Shown here: positions 7,778-12,093 of the stretch, in pieces
Position numbering within the stretch: the stretch's first letter is position 1
Layout of the letters: each line of letters starts with the position of its first letter
Assembly: GCA_965662845.1 (NCBI GenBank)
Contig: CBFIJD010000051.1
Span: 5,085-17,177 of the forward strand
Reading direction: 5' to 3'
DNA length: 12,093 bases
Origin: an uncultured bacterium
GTDB taxonomy: Bacteria; SAR324; NAC60-12
Notes under the pieces: model-generated
Seen by the model: the letters and a program-made list of their open reading frames with translations, nothing else
Database searches by the model: none
Told to the model about the DNA's origin: nothing
Made by a program: the position numbers and the translations under genes

Positions 7778-9943
7778 ATGCACCTCAAGAAGTTTTGTTT
7801 CACCGTCGCGGCGGCTTTGATCGCGACCACCCCCGCTCTCGCCCAAAAGCACTTCAACCGCATCGCGTCCTTCCCCACACACTTGAACATGGCGGCAGGC
7901 GAAGACCAAAACCGCACCTCTTCTGCCGAGATCATCTACGCTACCGCCGATGGCATGACCTTGGTCTACACCGACAGTCCTCTGAACAGCCTCGGGCGTA
8001 TCGACATCCGCAACCCACGCGAACCCAAGCCCCTCGGCAACATCGCTTTGAGCGGGGAGCCGACCAGCGTCACCGTCATCGGCAACACCGCTTTTGCTGG
8101 TGTGAACACGTCCGTGAGCTACCGGCGTCCTTCTGGAGAACTGGCAGCCTTTGACGTGCGTAGTGGAGCCAGCCTTGGTGCTTGCCCTTTGAGCGGACAG
8201 CCAGACTCTGTGGCCGCTGACAAAGACGGTACCTTCATCGCGGTGGCGATTGAGAACGAGCGTGACGAAGATCTCAATGACGGCATCATCCCGCAAATGC
8301 CGGCGGGCTCCTTGGAGATGATCGAAGTGCGCAACGGGCGACTCGACTGCAACAGCGTCCGGCGTGTGGACTTGACCGGTCTGGCGAACGTCGCTCCAAG
8401 CGACCCCGAACCTGAATTTGTGGACATCAACGGCTTGGGCCAAACCGTCATCACGCTGCAAGAGAACAACCACCTCGTCGTGGTGAACCGCGACGGCTCG
8501 CTCTACTCCCACTTCTCCGCAGGGTCTGTCGATTTGATGGGCATTGACGCGACCGACGAGCGCGGGGCGTTGATCTTCAACGAGAACCAGATGGGACGCT
8601 TGCGTGAACCCGACGCCGTCAACTGGATCGACGACAACCACTTCGCGATTGCAAACGAAGGTGACTACCACGGCGGTTCACGTGGTTGGACGATCTTCCA
8701 TAAAAATGGGGGCGTGGTCTATGAGGCGGGGACGTCGTTTGAGCGGGCGCTGATTGAGATTGGACACTACCCCGACAAGCGCTCGGATGCGAAGGGCGTG
8801 GAGCCGGAGTCGATTGAGTTCGGTGTGTTCGATGACATCCCGATGGTGTTTGTGGGCTCTGAACGCGGCTCTGCGGTAGGGGTCTATGATGTCAGCAATC
8901 CGGCGGAACCTCGTCTGCACCAAATCCTTCCTTCAGGGATTGGACCGGAGGGCTACATCGTGATTCCTGAGCGCAACTTGCTGATCTCGGCGAACGAAGA
9001 AGACTTGATTGAAGATGGCGGCGTGCGTAGCCACGTGATGATCTTTGAGTGGCAGAACGCGCCGGCGATGTATCCGACGCTGACTTCTGCCGGCGCAGGA
9101 GCGTTGATTGGTTGGGGCGCGATCAGCGGCATGGTCGCGGGTGATGACGGCATGGTGTACGCAGTCAACGACAGCTTCTATGGCTACCAGCCCACGATCT
9201 TCAAGATTGATCCTCGCGAACAGCCAGCGCGCATTGTGGACGCGACGCCCCTTCACCGCGCCGGACGGCCCGCCCAAAAGCTGGACCTCGAAGGCATCAC
9301 TACCGATGGCGAAGGCGGCTTCTATGTCGCTTCCGAAGGGCGCACTGGTCGCATGATTCCACACGGCATCTACCACGTGGACCGATCTGGCGAAATCCAA
9401 GCCGAGATCCCGTTCCCAGCCGAACTGTTAGCCGTTGAGCGACGCCATGGCTCTGAGGGCATCACGCGCGTAGGCAACACCCTGTGGATTGCGCTGCAGC
9501 GCTCATGGCAAGACGACGCCAAGAACACCGTCAAGTTGGTCTCATACAATCTCGACACGAAGGAGTGGGCCACCGTCAGCTATCCGACTGAGGCTCCGGC
9601 GAAAGGTTGGATCGGCTTGAGTGAGATCGTCGCGCATGGCGATTGGTTCTACATCATCGAGCGCGACAACCAAATCGGCGCCGAAGCGGTCGTGAAGCGC
9701 ATCTACCGCGTCGCGGCGTCGGAGATGAGAGGCGCGCCCTTGGGCCAGCAGCCGCCGTTAGTCAAGAAGGAGCTGGTGCGTGACCTGATCCCAGACTTGG
9801 CGCAGTATGGTGGCTACATCGTGGACAAAGTCGAAGGGCTCGCCATCATGGCGGATGGCACCGCCTACGTCAGCACTGATAACGACGGCGTCGATGACAG
9901 CTCTGGAGAGACCTTCTTCTGGAGCATTGGCAAGGTCGACTGA
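7778..9943 (+). CDS. Secreted protein with an N-terminal beta-propeller (choice-of-anchor-I / alkaline-phosphatase-like) and a C-terminal esterase-like-activity-of-phytase domain
   Basis: Sec signal peptide ending ALA-Q. Motifs GQPDSV, DPEPEFV, REPDAV, ANEGD, RSDAKGVEPE, GPEG, LDLEGI, IERDNQ, KVEGL and TDNDG. SD AGGAG at 7769-7773. Confidence 0.85.
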   Translation: MHLKKFCFTVAAALIATTPALAQKHFNRIASFPTHLNMAAGEDQNRTSSAEIIYATADGMTLVYTDSPLNSLGRIDIRNPREPKPLGNIALSGEPTSVTVIGNTAFAGVNTSVSYRRPSGELAAFDVRSGASLGACPLSGQPDSVAADKDGTFIAVAIENERDEDLNDGIIPQMPAGSLEMIEVRNGRLDCNSVRRVDLTGLANVAPSDPEPEFVDINGLGQTVITLQENNHLVVVNRDGSLYSHFSAGSVDLMGIDATDERGALIFNENQMGRLREPDAVNWIDDNHFAIANEGDYHGGSRGWTIFHKNGGVVYEAGTSFERALIEIGHYPDKRSDAKGVEPESIEFGVFDDIPMVFVGSERGSAVGVYDVSNPAEPRLHQILPSGIGPEGYIVIPERNLLISANEEDLIEDGGVRSHVMIFEWQNAPAMYPTLTSAGAGALIGWGAISGMVAGDDGMVYAVNDSFYGYQPTIFKIDPREQPARIVDATPLHRAGRPAQKLDLEGITTDGEGGFYVASEGRTGRMIPHGIYHVDRSGEIQAEIPFPAELLAVERRHGSEGITRVGNTLWIALQRSWQDDAKNTVKLVSYNLDTKEWATVSYPTEAPAKGWIGLSEIVAHGDWFYIIERDNQIGAEAVVKRIYRVAASEMRGAPLGQQPPLVKKELVRDLIPDLAQYGGYIVDKVEGLAIMADGTAYVSTDNDGVDDSSGETFFWSIGKVD

Positions 9944-9977
9944 TCCTCGCCTCAGCAGCGCTTCTCTCCCCGCCTCT

Positions 9978-10020
9978 TGCCCCCACTGCTGCTCTCTCAG
10001 AGCGACCTAGAGTGGGGGCA
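9978..10020. terminator. Hairpin between convergent genes
   Basis: Perfect 10-bp inverted repeat TGCCCCCACT (9978-9987) / AGTGGGGGCA (10011-10020) with an inner GCTCT/AGAGC stem. There is no U-tract. Confidence 0.45.
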
Positions 10021-10171
10021 CCGACCCTCTGCTTCTCAATATTGTTCACGTCCAAGCTGACCCCGCCTAAAGAGAAGAAGCTCGACGAAATGAGCTGCCC
10101 CGCAAGCCGCATCGTGTTGCCTCTCGTTGGAGCGAATGATGATGCGTTTGTACGGAACCGGGTCGCCGCGA

Positions 10172-10801
10172 TTAGGCAGCAAAGTCTCGGCATTTGATCT
10201 TTGTGATCATCCGTTGTCCGCTGCGGGTGCAGAGTTCGGTCTTGGGTCGCGCCACAATCCCCTCCGCCGCGAAGTCTCCCCACGTGGAGGTGATGCCGCG
10301 CTTTGCCCAAGCGACGGCGTCGTGGAGCGTCCCTTCCCCGATGACGGGGACGACGTCGATTCCGAGTTTGGCGGCGATGTCCTCCACGTCAGCGCGTTGT
10401 AGCCACCATTCGCCCACACGCACGTCGAAGAGCACAAAGTCTGGGTCGGGGCGGTAGTTGCCGCCGCCCTTGCGAATCTTGGCCCCGTAGCCTTCTCCGT
10501 ACAGGCAGGTGTCGCTCGCGAAGAGCTCTTGCAGCTGCGCTCTCAGCGGCGAGAACCGCTCTTGAAGTCGCGTCAGCAGCGCGTCTGGAATCTGCGCCGC
10601 GTCGGTCTTGCCGGCGAAGGTGACGGTTCCATCTTGAAGCCTCACTCGGATGTTCATGCCGTCCACCTTCTCGGTGAAGCCCCACAGGTTGTTGGCCAGA
10701 TATTCGAACTCAGGCAGCGTCCATTGCCCCTCAAGCAGGGTCTGGTGTTGGTTCGCGGTGTCTCGCTTAAATACGGTTTGAATCTTGTGGTATTCGTGCA
10801 T
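10172..10801 (-). CDS. ATP-dependent RNA ligase family protein (nucleotidyltransferase domain only, 209 aa)
   Basis: Motif I EKVDGMN, III LYGEGYG, IIIa FVLFDV, IV EGIV and V ITKIK. The start is re-placed at ATG 10801 (MHEYHKIQTVFKRD) behind SD GGAGAGGT. Confidence 0.87.
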   Translation of the reverse strand: MHEYHKIQTVFKRDTANQHQTLLEGQWTLPEFEYLANNLWGFTEKVDGMNIRVRLQDGTVTFAGKTDAAQIPDALLTRLQERFSPLRAQLQELFASDTCLYGEGYGAKIRKGGGNYRPDPDFVLFDVRVGEWWLQRADVEDIAAKLGIDVVPVIGEGTLHDAVAWAKRGITSTWGDFAAEGIVARPKTELCTRSGQRMITKIKCRDFAA

Positions 10802-10821
10802 TTTGACCTCTCCAAAGGGTT

Positions 10822-10878
10822 GCCTAACGGGGGTTGACGGGGAGCGACGTCTTCGCTGCGTCGTCACGGTCGGTGAAC
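10822..10878 (-). mobile_element. Degenerate integron attC-like site
   Basis: The minus strand reads GTTCACC-N5-TGACG..AGCGA-loop-TCGCT..CGTCA-N6-GTTAGGC, a 57-bp imperfect palindrome ending in a GTTRRRY core 20 nt before the ligase ATG. Confidence 0.45.
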
Positions 10879-11009
10879 GCAAGCAAAGTGAGAATGCGAT
10901 GACAGTCGCGCTGGGATCCGCTCTGGGTTCGTCAGCTTCTTTTCGCAGAATGCGCACCATGTCGGGAAGCAATCCCAAGCTGGAAACCTTGGAAAAGATA
11001 GCATTGGGA
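10878..11009 (+). pseudogene. Possible XRE-family helix-turn-helix remnant
   Basis: It translates to RKQSENAMTVALGSALGSSASFRRMRTMSGSNPKLETLEKIALG. The NPxLETLEKIA motif and the LG-to-NP spacing resemble XRE HTH domains. Confidence 0.3.
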
Positions 11010-11162
11010 GAGCATCGCGCAGAAGTTCTTTCCGCAGCACTCACAGCTTGTTGTTCCGATGCTGTTCGTCTGGTGACAGCCACAAATTGCCTTCGAGCGT
11101 GAGCCGTTGGTCAGCGTTTTGCTGCTATGAGAAGCCGAGCTTACACATCGCGGAGACCTGTT

Positions 11163-12032
11163 TTGAAAACCGACAACCTCTTTTATCAGCTCTTTCAGCT
11201 CGTGCCGAACGCCTTGCTGGAGTTAGTGAACCTGCCGCTCAAAGGTGACTACGTGTTCCAGAGCGTGACGCTCAAAGACACCGAGCGGCGGCTGGATGGC
11301 TTCTTCACCGACGCTTCCGGGCAGGGCGCTCCCAATCTTTTCTTGGAGGTGCAAGGCTACCGCGATCCCGACATCTATTGGCGGCTGTTACAAGAGATCG
11401 CGCTGTACTACTTGCAGTCTCAAGACGCGAGGCCATTCGAGGCGGTGGTCTTGTTTTTGCGGCCGGAGCATCAGCCAGAGCGCTTCCCGTTTCGGCAGCG
11501 CCCCGAAGAGATCCACACATATCTCTTAGAAGACTGCTTGCTATCGCTCGGAGACGACGCTGGCGCTTTGACTGTGCTCCGCCCGCTACTATTGGAAAGT
11601 GTCAGTGAGGTGCCTACGTTCTTTCCACAATGGCGCCGTACGCTGGAGCAGCTACCGCTGACTCGCTCTCGTCGCGAGGAGCTGCTACACTTGCTCTCCT
11701 ACAGCATTGCTCAACGTTTTGCTCATTTAAGCGCAGAGGAGATTCGTTCCATGATTGAACTGACCCCTTTTGAAGAGACCTCGATTGGTAAGTATCTACA
11801 GCAACGAGCCGAAGAGAAAGGACGACAAGAAGGACGACAAGAAGGACGACAAGAAGGACGACAAGAAGGACGACAAGAAGGCTTACGAAGCGGTGAGCTG
11901 CTCGGAAAGATCGAGCTGCTCGAAATGCTGCTGCACCAGCCTCCGACTCCTCGGTCTCAACTCACCGCGCTCTCGCCCACGGAGCTGCAGCGGCGTGTCG
12001 AGCAGCTCCAAGCGGAGTTCAGCCCAAAGTAG
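11163..12032 (+). CDS. Rpn family recombination-promoting nuclease / DUF2887-type PD-(D/E)XK protein
   Basis: Start TTG at 11163 (MKTDNLFYQLFQ) behind SD GGAG at 11152-11155. Motifs YVFQSVTLK..ERRLDGFF and FLEVQ, and a GRQE repeat tail. Confidence 0.88.
   Translation: MKTDNLFYQLFQLVPNALLELVNLPLKGDYVFQSVTLKDTERRLDGFFTDASGQGAPNLFLEVQGYRDPDIYWRLLQEIALYYLQSQDARPFEAVVLFLRPEHQPERFPFRQRPEEIHTYLLEDCLLSLGDDAGALTVLRPLLLESVSEVPTFFPQWRRTLEQLPLTRSRREELLHLLSYSIAQRFAHLSAEEIRSMIELTPFEETSIGKYLQQRAEEKGRQEGRQEGRQEGRQEGRQEGLRSGELLGKIELLEMLLHQPPTPRSQLTALSPTELQRRVEQLQAEFSPK
11751..12032 (+). CDS. Putative in-frame internal small protein (RpnS-like antitoxin, 93 aa)
   Basis: GAGGAG at 11736-11741 lies 9 nt before the in-frame ATG at 11751, at the boundary of the C-terminal repeat domain. 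Confidence 0.55.
   Translation: MIELTPFEETSIGKYLQQRAEEKGRQEGRQEGRQEGRQEGRQEGLRSGELLGKIELLEMLLHQPPTPRSQLTALSPTELQRRVEQLQAEFSPK
11820..11879 (+). repeat. Five perfect 12-bp tandem repeats encoding GRQE
   Basis: GGACGACAAGAA x5. Confidence 0.98.
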
Positions 12033-12093
12033 GTTCAGTTTGCGAGGCACAGACCGGCGCTTGAACCTGTCCGCGCCACTCGGCGTTTTGCTC

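Noticed and set aside
10065..10177. Possible full downstream attC (GCCTAAT...TTTAGGC on the minus strand, 113 bp)
   Set aside because: Both cores are mismatched and the inner arms do not pair with attC spacing. Only the inverse core at the stop codon is retained as evidence.
10802..11083. 94-aa N-terminal extension of the RNA ligase in the ORF track
   Set aside because: The family-like sequence and a strong SD begin at ATG 10801. The extension runs through the attC-like palindrome and looks non-coding.

Overview
This is a GC-rich bacterial chromosomal window holding 11 credible genes. In order they are: the 3' part of a radC/JAB gene; a Tat-exported IorAB-type molybdo-oxidoreductase pair; an SDR with a divergent TetR regulator; an AT-rich islet with a Uma2 endonuclease and a clan AA aspartic protease; a creatininase-family hydrolase; a large secreted phytase-like/alkaline-phosphatase-like protein; an ATP-dependent RNA-ligase-family gene; and an Rpn/DUF2887-type PD-(D/E)XK nuclease. 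The right end is the most interesting part. The RNA ligase gene looks like a stranded integron gene cassette: a 57-bp attC-like palindrome ending in GTTAGGC lies just upstream, and GCCTAA overlaps its stop codon. It sits next to an XRE-HTH-like remnant and an Rpn gene whose internal SD+ATG would yield a separate small C-terminal protein (RpnS-like antitoxin). Candidate regulatory sites include twin TetR operators and a PhoP/PhoB-type direct repeat. No rRNA, tRNA, CRISPR array, integrase or transposase was recognised. All calls come from reading motifs by eye; no database searches were run.
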